From the sequence record OZ335964.1: a DNA stretch of 64,000 bases. One strand, 5' to 3'. The notes under the pieces were generated by a model. The model made no database searches and was not told where the DNA came from. It saw only the letters and a program-made list of their open reading frames with translations. This stretch comes from a phage. Positions 21,122-30,468 of the stretch are shown here, piece by piece. Numbering within the stretch: position 1 is the first letter of the stretch; every line of letters begins with the position of its first letter. The position numbers were made by a program, and so were the translations under genes.

Positions 21122-23665
21122 TTAAAATAGTTGTGTACCATCAACCAGATAACCATTACGTGATTCGAGTACATGGGTATTGCTATAGTGGTGCAGCGAT
21201 GCCGCAATCGTCTCGATCTCGTCTGGATAACGGGTATGCGCGTAATCTTCCAGCCAGTTTAACCCCTCGGCATTGCAGCGATCAATTTCATCGAGTACCC
21301 AATACCCCTGATACTGGAAAGAAGTTCGACGCCACGGAATCGGGTGTACATATCGTTTAAGTTGCGCGGTAGTGAATACCACTTTAACTTTTTCGGTATG
21401 TGCAACATGACCTGTGTCATCTTTAATCTCTGCGTAGTAAGTCGCCTGGTGATTTTGTTTGCTGATCTGGTCTTTCGGGATCGTCAATACACGGTTGGTA
21501 GCACCTTGTATCTCTGTATCTCGTCCATTTTGGATCTTATGCCACTGCCACGCTACCGCTTTAGTATCATCAACATGTTCCGCATGTGCTTCTAACCGAA
21601 TATCCTGATTCTGGCCTTCTTTTGCCACAACATCGACCGGATGTTTCATGATATTGATGTTAGTATGCGGTGACATAGTGATTTCGGCTGCATTCGTTTC
21701 TAGCGTCCGCTCTGCCGCTTTAATTTCTGCGGTATAACGTCCAACGTCAGACGGTTTTGCGTGTTCAATGACCAACACCTCGGAATTTGCGCCGGGGATC
21801 GGTTTACCGTCCTTTTTCCATTGGTAGGATGGTTTAACCCCGATTGTATTGGTTGCTTGAGCGTGAAGCATAACCCTTTCGTTGTAATTTGCGTGCGTGC
21901 TTTGTGGATGCGTGACAATCTGTAGATCGTTCGGGACAATCGTCGGATCGTCAGTTACCAATACCCGCACGGCCTCGGACATTTTAGACACTCGATGTTC
22001 ACCGAATCCCGCAGATACACGACATGTATACACGCCAGTAGATGATAACTGTGCGTGTTCTTCGCCGTATACATTACGTTGCTCTACCCCCATAGGAAAC
22101 AGGTCTTCTCCGTCTTTAAACCAACGATACCGCACGGGTAGCGCATCATTGGAAGTCGCGGTGATAGTCAGCGCCCATTGTCCACCTGAACGAACACTAA
22201 CGGCTTTTGGTTGCACATCAATATTGATGTTAGCGCGGGAGTTGTCTACTGTCACCTGAACTTCATTTGATTCTTTGGTGATTCGGTGGTTTTGAATCCC
22301 CATAGAAACAATACATTTATAAGTTCCCTCATCTGCTTTAGTAATGGCAGAAAAATGCAGTGCAGTTGACGTTTTACCCGGCAACAATTCGCCGTTTTTA
22401 TACCACTGATAATCGAGTTTATAATGTTCATAGTCGGTTGTTGCTTGACAAATCAGTGATTGTGCTGAACTCACGCGAACATTATTGATTGTCTGTGGTT
22501 GTTGGGTGATCGTAATGGTAGGAGCAGCACCGACAAGCAAACTTGCTTCCTGAGTGTCTACGGTCCGGTTTTCTCCATAAGTGATTATGGCCTTATATTT
22601 CGCCTGATTAAGATCCTGTGTTGCTGGAATGATGTGCAATTCCTTATTAGTTTCCCCTACAATCGGTTTAAACTCTTGATCGCCATCTTTCTTGATATAC
22701 CACTGAATTTTAACAGGTGAATAGTTTGTTGCATAATCAACTTTAAACAAAGCGAGAGCACCAGCACCTACGTTAATTGTTAACGGTTCTTGTGTCACTC
22801 GAAAGAATGCGCGATCATCAACAACTACTTTACAATCTTTAGAATATACGGTAGTATCAGCTTGACGAACTTCCAAACGCCAGATACCAGCGTCTTTTTT
22901 CGTTACGTTAGGGATGATCATAGCAGACCCGTTTTGTTCTGGGACCATTCTGCCATTATGAATCCACACATATTCAATTCGACGGGTAGCATCATCCGAA
23001 GTTACAGCAACTTCTAGATCCAGTCGCCCATCTTCCGGTACATGAACTTCCGGCGCATATTGCTCATTGAGATGAATAACCGGAGCATCTTTATTTTGTT
23101 CAACTACCACCGGACTGATCCAATAGAATGACCGTGCATCATCTTCTACAAAAACTTTGCAAGTATAGTTGCCAAAGTCTTCATAACTAACGCGGTCAAC
23201 ATGCACAGAGATATTATCAGGAGTTTTATCACCTGATAGCTGTACATGGTTGCGATACCAAATATAAGCCGCTCGATGATTTTCTTCAATAAACGGGGTA
23301 GCGAAAATATCCAAAGATTCGCCTAATCGCTTGTAAATGTAAGTTGGTGATTGATCGTGTGGTGCGATAAAAATACGTCGCTCGACCAGAATTGGCTTTA
23401 TATCCACATATTCCATTGGATTTTCTGCCAATTTAACACGCGCGGTGTAAGTACCGAATTGATTTGCATCCATCTCGGCAATATACAGAGATTGATCCAC
23501 ATCCGATACTTGATCCGCTGGTACACTTTGTCCGTTTAGCTTCCATTCTACAATATAGTCTTTAAAATCTGCTGTGCTAACTACAACTTTAAGTAAGAGT
23601 TCACGGCCTACAGAAGCATAAACCGGACCCATAGTTTGATGCAATACATTGATTTTATTAGACAT
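21122..23665 (-). CDS. hoc: Giant Hoc-like protein with multiple Ig-like domains
   Basis: 847 aa; repeated beta-rich Ig-like units (e.g. GTYTARV, GNYTCKV, GTYKCIVS, GVYTCRVS, GRYTAEIK); C-terminal YVHPIPWRRTSFQYQGYW...ESRNGY capsid-binding-like module; hoc position after gene 24. Confidence 0.75.
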   Translation of the reverse strand: MSNKINVLHQTMGPVYASVGRELLLKVVVSTADFKDYIVEWKLNGQSVPADQVSDVDQSLYIAEMDANQFGTYTARVKLAENPMEYVDIKPILVERRIFIAPHDQSPTYIYKRLGESLDIFATPFIEENHRAAYIWYRNHVQLSGDKTPDNISVHVDRVSYEDFGNYTCKVFVEDDARSFYWISPVVVEQNKDAPVIHLNEQYAPEVHVPEDGRLDLEVAVTSDDATRRIEYVWIHNGRMVPEQNGSAMIIPNVTKKDAGIWRLEVRQADTTVYSKDCKVVVDDRAFFRVTQEPLTINVGAGALALFKVDYATNYSPVKIQWYIKKDGDQEFKPIVGETNKELHIIPATQDLNQAKYKAIITYGENRTVDTQEASLLVGAAPTITITQQPQTINNVRVSSAQSLICQATTDYEHYKLDYQWYKNGELLPGKTSTALHFSAITKADEGTYKCIVSMGIQNHRITKESNEVQVTVDNSRANINIDVQPKAVSVRSGGQWALTITATSNDALPVRYRWFKDGEDLFPMGVEQRNVYGEEHAQLSSTGVYTCRVSAGFGEHRVSKMSEAVRVLVTDDPTIVPNDLQIVTHPQSTHANYNERVMLHAQATNTIGVKPSYQWKKDGKPIPGANSEVLVIEHAKPSDVGRYTAEIKAAERTLETNAAEITMSPHTNINIMKHPVDVVAKEGQNQDIRLEAHAEHVDDTKAVAWQWHKIQNGRDTEIQGATNRVLTIPKDQISKQNHQATYYAEIKDDTGHVAHTEKVKVVFTTAQLKRYVHPIPWRRTSFQYQGYWVLDEIDRCNAEGLNWLEDYAHTRYPDEIETIAASLHHYSNTHVLESRNGYLVDGTQLF

Positions 23666-23743
23666 TTGCTATCCTCTTTTTAATTGCATAACGGAACTAC
23701 AATTAAAATCATAACAAATGCTTCACTTCTTACTAACAAGTAT

Positions 23744-24445
23744 TTACTTGAGAGTATGGAATTGACTATGTTTAGTTTCTCGTACCTTGACAGACCCATC
23801 ACGCTTGATATAATAGATCAACGATTTCAAAGTATCGTGTACATACGCGTGCGGGAAACGTTCTGGGTGTGCTTTCCAATCTGGGGTATTCTGAATCCAG
23901 TCGAAAATCCACCACGGAAGGCAATAATAACCGCGACCGCCACCGATCAGATTAATGGTTGGACGGAAGTTAGTTAGGTCAATCATATCATTGGTAACAT
24001 CTGCGCGGTGTTCTGCTTCGTCAGAGAAAATGTCAGCTACCGGAGTTTCTACAACTTCCGGTGTCGGTTCATGCTTGACTTCCTCTACGGTTTCATTTAC
24101 AATCGGTTTCTCTTCGATGATTTCTGTTTCCGGTTCTTTCATAGCTTCAACCAGAGACGGATCAACTTCATCGAATACTACTTTATCTTCTGCGGTATCT
24201 GCTGCAACAATCAGATCGGTGATACTGGTTCCTTCGGTAGCGTTATCAGCTTCCATTTCTGTTGCTAGTTTATTGAGTTCTGATTCTACGTTGGTGATCA
24301 TGGTTTCCAGTGACCAAGTTTTCTTCACCTTAATGTCAAACTGTTTAGCGTAATCAGCTAATTCATTTTTAGCTGTCTTTTGTGCTTCTTTATCGTCGGA
24401 CGCCGCAATAGAGCGGAGTTCTTCGAAATATTCTTTATCAAACAT
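23744..24445 (-). CDS. Acidic protein in the inh position (Inh-like, by synteny only)
   Basis: 233-aa ORF between hoc and uvsW. Confidence 0.4.
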   Translation of the reverse strand: MFDKEYFEELRSIAASDDKEAQKTAKNELADYAKQFDIKVKKTWSLETMITNVESELNKLATEMEADNATEGTSITDLIVAADTAEDKVVFDEVDPSLVEAMKEPETEIIEEKPIVNETVEEVKHEPTPEVVETPVADIFSDEAEHRADVTNDMIDLTNFRPTINLIGGGRGYYCLPWWIFDWIQNTPDWKAHPERFPHAYVHDTLKSLIYYIKRDGSVKVRETKHSQFHTLK

Positions 24446-24471
24446 GTTATTCTCCTAAATGGGGGTGTTTG

Positions 24472-24479
24472 TATAAATA
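24472..24479 (+). promoter_or_regulatory. T4-type late promoter TATAAATA (uvsW)
   Basis: Exact TATAAATA about 40 nt upstream of the uvsW start. Confidence 0.55.
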
Positions 24480-24518
24480 TCGGTATACTGTATTTATTAT
24501 AACGTGAGGCTATTTGCG

Positions 24519-26021
24519 ATGCACGATATTAAGATTCATTTTATCAATTATTCCCATGTACAGATTGAATGTAGCGATTCAATCTTGATGGAGATGCGGG
24601 AATACTTTAGTTTTGAAGTCGAGGGCGCACAATTTCAAAAACGTGTGCGTTATGGTGGATGGGATGGGCGTATTCGTCTGTTAGACTATAACGGAAAATT
24701 ACCAATTGGCCTAACTAAAACCGTTGGAATCTTTGCTAAAAATATGGGCTATTCTGTTTGGGTAGATCCTCGCTTATTCGAAAAAGAACAAGTTACAGAA
24801 GAAGAAATTACAAAATGGTGTAATGACCTAGAATTATATTCCGGTGCTAATAGAATTACCCCGCATTGGTATCAATCAAAAGCAGTATTTGAAGGTATTC
24901 ATCATAAACGTAGAATGTTAGTTCTTCCCACGTCTGCTGGTAAATCTGCTATTGCTTGTATGTTGTCTCGTTGGTACTTAGAAAACTACGAGGGTAAGGT
25001 GCTGATCATTGTCCCGACGACCTCGCTTGTTCTCCAGATGCGTGATGATTTCGTAGATTATCGCCAGTTTCCTTATGAGGCAATTCATACTATCATGAGT
25101 GGAACTAGTAAACACGTAGGGGATCGCCTGATCGTTGTAAGTACATGGCAATCTGCATGTAAACAACCTCGTGAGTGGTTCCAACAATTCGGGATGGTTA
25201 TTGTTGACGAATGTCACAAGGCCACTGCTAAAAACCTGCTAAACATCGTTACTGATATGGATCATTGCCAATTTAAGATCGGCATGACTGGTTCCCCTCG
25301 TGACGGGAAAGCTAACATGATGCAGTATGTCGGGCTTTTCGGTGATATTTCTAAGATCGTGAGTATTGACCGCCTGATGGAAGAAGGTCAAGTGACAAAA
25401 CTGAAAATTAACTGTCTTTTCCTTCGTTATACCGATGAGGAATGTAGCGCGGTTAAGGGGCGAGAATATGCGGAAGAGATCAAGTATATTACATCTAACC
25501 CACGACGAAATAAGTTTGCTTGCAATTTGGCGCTAAAACTCGCTAAGAAGGGCGAAAACGTATTCCTGATGTTCCGCAATACTAAGCACGGAAAACTTAT
25601 GTATGATGCGTTACAGAAGGTACACGACAAGGTTTATTATATTGACGGTGGAGTCAAGACAGAAGAACGTGATGAATTTAAGAAATTAGCGGAAGGGGAA
25701 ACAGGGATCATTTGCGTTGCATCCTATGGTGTGTTCTCTACTGGTGTTTCCATCAAGAACTTGCATCATGTTATTTTCGGGCATCCAGTTAAAGAATCAA
25801 CCATTGTTAGACAGAGTATCGGTCGTGCATTGCGTAAACATGGTTCTAAAGACATTGCGACGGTCTGGGATCTTATCGATCATTTGGCAGTAAAGACAAA
25901 GAGCAAGAATGCAAAGAAACAATTCAGCCATCTGAATTACGCTCTTAAACACGCGTTAGAACGCATTAAGATTTATAACGCTGACCGTTTTGAGTATGTC
26001 ACCAAAACTATTGAGATTTAA
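24519..26021 (+). CDS. uvsW: UvsW DNA/RNA helicase
   Basis: Aligns with T4 UvsW from MHDIKIHF; helicase motifs PTSAGKS, VIVDECHKA, ASYGVFSTGVS; TATAAATA late promoter upstream. Confidence 0.9.
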   Translation: MHDIKIHFINYSHVQIECSDSILMEMREYFSFEVEGAQFQKRVRYGGWDGRIRLLDYNGKLPIGLTKTVGIFAKNMGYSVWVDPRLFEKEQVTEEEITKWCNDLELYSGANRITPHWYQSKAVFEGIHHKRRMLVLPTSAGKSAIACMLSRWYLENYEGKVLIIVPTTSLVLQMRDDFVDYRQFPYEAIHTIMSGTSKHVGDRLIVVSTWQSACKQPREWFQQFGMVIVDECHKATAKNLLNIVTDMDHCQFKIGMTGSPRDGKANMMQYVGLFGDISKIVSIDRLMEEGQVTKLKINCLFLRYTDEECSAVKGREYAEEIKYITSNPRRNKFACNLALKLAKKGENVFLMFRNTKHGKLMYDALQKVHDKVYYIDGGVKTEERDEFKKLAEGETGIICVASYGVFSTGVSIKNLHHVIFGHPVKESTIVRQSIGRALRKHGSKDIATVWDLIDHLAVKTKSKNAKKQFSHLNYALKHALERIKIYNADRFEYVTKTIEI

Positions 26022-26066
26022 TAAATAGGGGGGTATATGCCCCTTTATTTGACGGAGATTAAAAGA

Positions 26067-26306
26067 ATGTGTATTAGTTTTAAAAGATTTCTGGTGGAGG
26101 CCGCAATTGATGGCTTCATGAATAAAATCTATTCCTGTAATACTCTTGATGGATTGGATGAACTGGAAGGATATTACGAGAAGCGTAAAAAAGAGACTGA
26201 GCTTAAACCTGCTGATGATATCTCTATTCGTGATGCTATCGCCGGACGACGTAAACAACTGGAAGCAGAGAACGAGCCAGAAGAGGAGCCGGAAGAAGAA
26301 TTTTAA
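26067..26306 (+). CDS. UvsW.1-like small acidic protein (by position)
   Basis: Start chosen at MCISFKRF (RBS GGAG); acidic C-terminus. Confidence 0.45.
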   Translation: MCISFKRFLVEAAIDGFMNKIYSCNTLDGLDELEGYYEKRKKETELKPADDISIRDAIAGRRKQLEAENEPEEEPEEEF

Positions 26307-26313
26307 TATATAT

Positions 26314-26338
26314 AAAAAAGCCCCATCAATGATGGGGC
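26314..26338 (-). terminator. Terminator downstream of the uvsY operon
   Basis: Minus strand GCCCCATC-ATTG-ATGGGGC followed by TTTTTT. Confidence 0.55.
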
Positions 26339-26377
26339 AAACAAAACCAATTTAAAATCGGTTATCAACAAATATTT

Positions 26378-26554
26378 TACAAAAGCAACATAGTGCTTTC
26401 TACCAGTTGTTCTTGTTCTTCTGCATCCGATTCATTCAGATGATTCTGGCTGGCAATTTCAGCACAATAGCCAGAGTGAACAACATGGTCGTTTACTTTA
26501 ATCCCTAAAGCGGGTTCTACTGGTGTTTTGCACACCGGACAAATACAGGTCATA
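26378..26554 (-). CDS. Small Cys-rich protein (58 aa), below track cutoff
   Basis: MTCICPVCKT...HSGYC; RBS GGAGG; upstream of uvsY region. Confidence 0.35.
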
Positions 26555-26574
26555 AACTTTCCTCCTACCTTTAT

Positions 26575-26982
26575 TTATCGTCCAGATTCTAGCATACGCA
26601 ACTCTATAGCATTCTTGATCGCGAATCCTCGTGATTTGATTATATCAAGAGCCTTGCCAGCAAAATCCATAACCATTTGATAATAAGCAATTTTTGTATC
26701 AATTGGTAGGATCTCGTCGTCTGCCGTCATAACTACTTTCAATTCGGTTGAAGAGTATTCAACTCGACACCACTCATCGCTACGGTTAGTATAAAAATCA
26801 AGTTTATTCTTAACCGCTTTCTTTTTCTTTGCTTCCAGCGCAATGATCTCGCGCTTTGCTTCACTATACACACGAAGCCATTTAGAGTAAACTACAGGGT
26901 TGTTAAGTGCTTCCCATTGCAGCTTAGTAGCATCGATCTTCACATCTGCGTCAAGCTGGTCTTTTAGTTCATTCAGATCCAT
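26575..26982 (-). CDS. uvsY: UvsY recombination mediator
   Basis: Aligns with T4 UvsY (KLQWEA, YSKWL, KSRGFAIK); start set at MDLNELK with RBS GAGG. Confidence 0.85.
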   Translation of the reverse strand: MDLNELKDQLDADVKIDATKLQWEALNNPVVYSKWLRVYSEAKREIIALEAKKKKAVKNKLDFYTNRSDEWCRVEYSSTELKVVMTADDEILPIDTKIAYYQMVMDFAGKALDIIKSRGFAIKNAIELRMLESGR

Positions 26983-26997
26983 AATAAAATACCTCAA

Positions 26998-27384
26998 TCA
27001 CTTAGACAATCTTACTTTGAGTTGTTCTAACTCATCTGGATTATCTATAACGGAAAAGTAAACAGTAACAATAATAGAGTTCTCATCATACTGCGGAGTA
27101 ACGTCTACGTCAAGTCTTTTTACGCGTGGTTCGTAATTCCTGATCGCCTCGTTAATGTTCTTAGACAGGGTATCCACTGTCAGTGGGTTGATGTTCTCAA
27201 ACAGTGCTCGGTTTAAGTCGCACCCAAAGTTGGGATCGAACGGGCGAGACCCCTTAGTGGTTGTGATGATCAGTAATAAGGAATCTTTAACCGCTTTAAT
27301 CCCTGTATTCTTCTTTAAATCGTTGTTCCATGCTCGCTTAAACTCTAGGTTTAAGTCAGTGTACATCTGGTTAACTGTTGTCAT
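26998..27384 (-). CDS. 25: Baseplate wedge protein gp25
   Basis: Aligns with T4 gp25 (ITTTKGSRPFDPNFGCDL, NYEPRV, FSVIDNPDE). Confidence 0.88.
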   Translation of the reverse strand: MTTVNQMYTDLNLEFKRAWNNDLKKNTGIKAVKDSLLLIITTTKGSRPFDPNFGCDLNRALFENINPLTVDTLSKNINEAIRNYEPRVKRLDVDVTPQYDENSIIVTVYFSVIDNPDELEQLKVRLSK

Positions 27385-27391
27385 AACTACC

Positions 27392-28030
27392 TCAAAGGAT
27401 CGTTAGAAATTCATTAAGACCCCTGATCGAATGAATACCGGACTCCCCACACTCACATTTGATCGGTACTGCCAGTGTGATTTGTGGACCTGTCAATTCA
27501 TCGATGATAGTCTCTACGTGTTCTGTTGTCAACATGCTTAGTATGGTGTCGAAGTCTTGCTCGTTTAGGTCATTAATATCAAATTCCTGATTATCTATGA
27601 CAATATAATCAATACAAGCAATTACCATCTGCATGATATCGTCATCTTCTGTAAAACGCGGAGGACGGAATTTAATTTTAACCCCTCCTAAATCTAACAG
27701 ATATGGTTCTGTGTCTGGGATCTGTGTCCGTTCAACGTTAAGATTGTATTCTTTCTCTTTGTTACATACTCCACACACCCACGTAGATTTGAAATTTTCT
27801 TTTGCTAGGCTATGACACCATAGCATAAGGAATAGATATTCAGCCTCGCACTTCTCTAGCTCTAATGCGTTAATTCCTGTACATTCATTGATAATGTCTA
27901 ATACCGCTTCCTTAAGACGTCCAGTGCTCTTATATTCTACTAATTTTTGAAATTCTTCATAGGTGAATGCTCTAGCGGTGATCGTCTTATCACCTAACTT
28001 GATCTTGAAAATATGTTGCATAGTATACAC
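27392..28030 (-). CDS. 26: Baseplate hub protein gp26-like
   Basis: 212-aa ORF divergent from 51, as in T4. Confidence 0.7.
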   Translation of the reverse strand: MYTMQHIFKIKLGDKTITARAFTYEEFQKLVEYKSTGRLKEAVLDIINECTGINALELEKCEAEYLFLMLWCHSLAKENFKSTWVCGVCNKEKEYNLNVERTQIPDTEPYLLDLGGVKIKFRPPRFTEDDDIMQMVIACIDYIVIDNQEFDINDLNEQDFDTILSMLTTEHVETIIDELTGPQITLAVPIKCECGESGIHSIRGLNEFLTIL

Positions 28031-28056
28031 CTCTTATGATACATAGAAATTATTTA

Positions 28057-28064
28057 GTATTTTA
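28057..28064 (+). promoter_or_regulatory. T4-type late promoter TATAAATA (gene 51)
   Basis: Exact TATAAATA about 25 nt upstream of the gene 51 start, in the 26/51 divergent region. Confidence 0.55.
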
Positions 28065-28089
28065 TAAATACCCGAAAGGGGGGTGTATT

Positions 28090-28863
28090 ATGAATGTTAT
28101 ACGAATTAAAATGCCAGATGGCGGGGCTAAACGTTTTAAGCCATTCACTGTAAAAGATTATCGTGATTTTCTTTTAGTTTCTGCTGATATGAAGGGCAAT
28201 CCATCGGAGGAACAATTGATTCTAGATGAATTGTTGGAGGAATTATACCCTGATGTGGACCCGATATTCCGAGAATATATTTTCCTGAACGTTTTTACTA
28301 GCTCAATAGGTAAAACAAAATTACCACTTTCTTTTAAGTGTCCAACCTGTGGTAAGGAAAAACGAATACTGTTAAACCTTGCGGTTCCAGCACTACATCC
28401 AATAGTCCTAGAAACGGCTGGGCTTAAAATTAAATTTAAGTATGTGAAACCATCAACCGACTACGCAAAAACGTTTCTAGAAGCGATTGAGAGCGTTTCT
28501 GACGGTGATAATGAGTATGCATGGACCGAATTGTCAGAGGAAGTGCGCGATCAGGTTATAGATTCTATATCCTTCGCAGAATTTGAAACAGTAGTAAAGA
28601 AAATGCACACCATTTTGATTGAACAGAAGATCAAATGCTGCGATACACACGAATTAAGATACACCGATTTACTAGGGCTTTATAAGCTACTTCTGAATCC
28701 AGATGAAATTTTTACTTTTTATAGGATCTCGCATTTACTTGTAAAAAATAACTACTCATTTGGTGATCTGATGAATATGATCATGGTCGAAAGGAATATA
28801 GCATTGGCGCTAGTTGAAAAGGACGTTAAGGAGGCTAATAATGCAAAGACCCGGATTTCCTAA
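28090..28863 (+). CDS. 51: Baseplate hub assembly protein gp51-like
   Basis: Start at MNVIRIK with RBS GGGGGG; TATAAATA at 28057. Confidence 0.7.
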   Translation: MNVIRIKMPDGGAKRFKPFTVKDYRDFLLVSADMKGNPSEEQLILDELLEELYPDVDPIFREYIFLNVFTSSIGKTKLPLSFKCPTCGKEKRILLNLAVPALHPIVLETAGLKIKFKYVKPSTDYAKTFLEAIESVSDGDNEYAWTELSEEVRDQVIDSISFAEFETVVKKMHTILIEQKIKCCDTHELRYTDLLGLYKLLLNPDEIFTFYRISHLLVKNNYSFGDLMNMIMVERNIALALVEKDVKEANNAKTRIS

Positions 28864-29950
28864 TGTCTCCATAAAGCTATATCAGGATTATGAGGCATTT
28901 TCAGAAAACAGATTTGTTGAGTTAGGTGCTACGTTCATTACTATGACTCTTCGTGATTCCTTACGCGGAATTAATGAGGGGCTATTGCAGATCTATGATT
29001 CCAAAGCCCTACATACAAAATTGACAGGAACAGAGATAATACAAATTTCACTATCAACGGCTAATACTGAACAAGTATTCAACCGTGTATATGGTATCGC
29101 TCATAGTAACGTAACCGTTGATGCTAAGGGTGATAATATCATAACATTCCAGTTGAAAAGCTATCATGAAACATTGAATCGAAAATTTTCTCGCGCCACT
29201 GACACTAACGCGGTTAATAACGTTACAAGTATGATTGATGCCATTTATAAGGATGTTCCATTGTGGAAGCCTAAAATTACTGGCGTAAACGTTTTTATTC
29301 CTAAGTGTCCGTGGGTAAGTACCATCAATGACTATTTTGAATATATCCGCACGCATGGTCAAAGCGTAGATAATGAATCATTTGTCTATTGCTGGGAAGA
29401 TTTCGACGGGATCAAGATCACCGATCACAAGTTGTTAATGGAAAGTGATCCGATTCCTGCCATCGTCACAGAGCCGACCTTGATGGGGCAATTTATGGAT
29501 ATGAGTAATTATTTGATGGTTTTCAACTTTGAATGGGATACTAAGAGTAACGCGGTTACGAAAAATTCATTCAATAACGTTACTTACACTACCATAGACT
29601 TCATCACAAAACAGTATAATAAAATCATTGTTGGTGATGGGGATAATATAGCACACTTCGCGCATGGTGGCGCTTATGGTAATCTGACATATAAAAACGC
29701 ATATCTCGAAGGAACTAAACTAGCAACTTTTGGACAATATGACTCATATGCTAGCGCGGTATGTCATGGTAATTTCTCGTTACGTCCGGCACAAAAACTT
29801 AGATTCTTTGATGCCAAACAGCAAATTAGAACAGATTTTATTGTTGATGAAATTGTCCATGAAATATGCCGTGAACAATCGCTAACACACATTCACATGT
29901 TTAGTCATAGCGAGATTTTGAAAGACGTTACATTTGAAGGTAAAATATGA
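28841..29950 (+). CDS. 27: Baseplate hub protein gp27
   Basis: Start MQRPGFPNVSIKLYQDY aligns with the T4 gp27 N-terminus; RBS AAGGAGG. Confidence 0.85.
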   Translation: MQRPGFPNVSIKLYQDYEAFSENRFVELGATFITMTLRDSLRGINEGLLQIYDSKALHTKLTGTEIIQISLSTANTEQVFNRVYGIAHSNVTVDAKGDNIITFQLKSYHETLNRKFSRATDTNAVNNVTSMIDAIYKDVPLWKPKITGVNVFIPKCPWVSTINDYFEYIRTHGQSVDNESFVYCWEDFDGIKITDHKLLMESDPIPAIVTEPTLMGQFMDMSNYLMVFNFEWDTKSNAVTKNSFNNVTYTTIDFITKQYNKIIVGDGDNIAHFAHGGAYGNLTYKNAYLEGTKLATFGQYDSYASAVCHGNFSLRPAQKLRFFDAKQQIRTDFIVDEIVHEICREQSLTHIHMFSHSEILKDVTFEGKI

Positions 29951-30468
29951 TGACTGATACTAAACCATCTTTAAAATTTGTCGTTCCTGTCAAGAATATC
30001 ACCGTTAACGGCAAACAAATCAAGATCCCCAAAATGGGGATCAAACAGCATAGACTATTAAAAGATGTTCGAAGCTGTGATGAGACTTTAAAAATTCTAC
30101 TTGATTCTATTCATCCGGGATTGAATGCGGCAGAAGCAGAATTTGTCATGCTTCATATATGCGCCTTTAATGGCAAGTGTCTAGAAGAAAAGGATGGCTT
30201 GCGACTGGATGATGTTTATATTTGTACGGAATCGGAGTTTGAATTTAATGGCGATAAATTCAAGTTTAACGCGCCTATGCTCTCTTCTGAATATACACAT
30301 GATGATGCAAATTTCCTAAGCAATCACTATCACGATCCTAGTGTAGACTTTCATAAATTCCCTGCGTTTATTATGAATTGGGCTACAGGATTAAGAAAAA
30401 CCGTTGCCTTAGATACTCCAGAAGGTACTATCTATGGTGGCATTAACATATTGGATCGCCTATCATGA
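29947..30468 (+). CDS. 28: Baseplate hub protein gp28-like
   Basis: 173-aa ORF translationally coupled to 27 and 29. Confidence 0.7.
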   Translation: MMTDTKPSLKFVVPVKNITVNGKQIKIPKMGIKQHRLLKDVRSCDETLKILLDSIHPGLNAAEAEFVMLHICAFNGKCLEEKDGLRLDDVYICTESEFEFNGDKFKFNAPMLSSEYTHDDANFLSNHYHDPSVDFHKFPAFIMNWATGLRKTVALDTPEGTIYGGINILDRLS

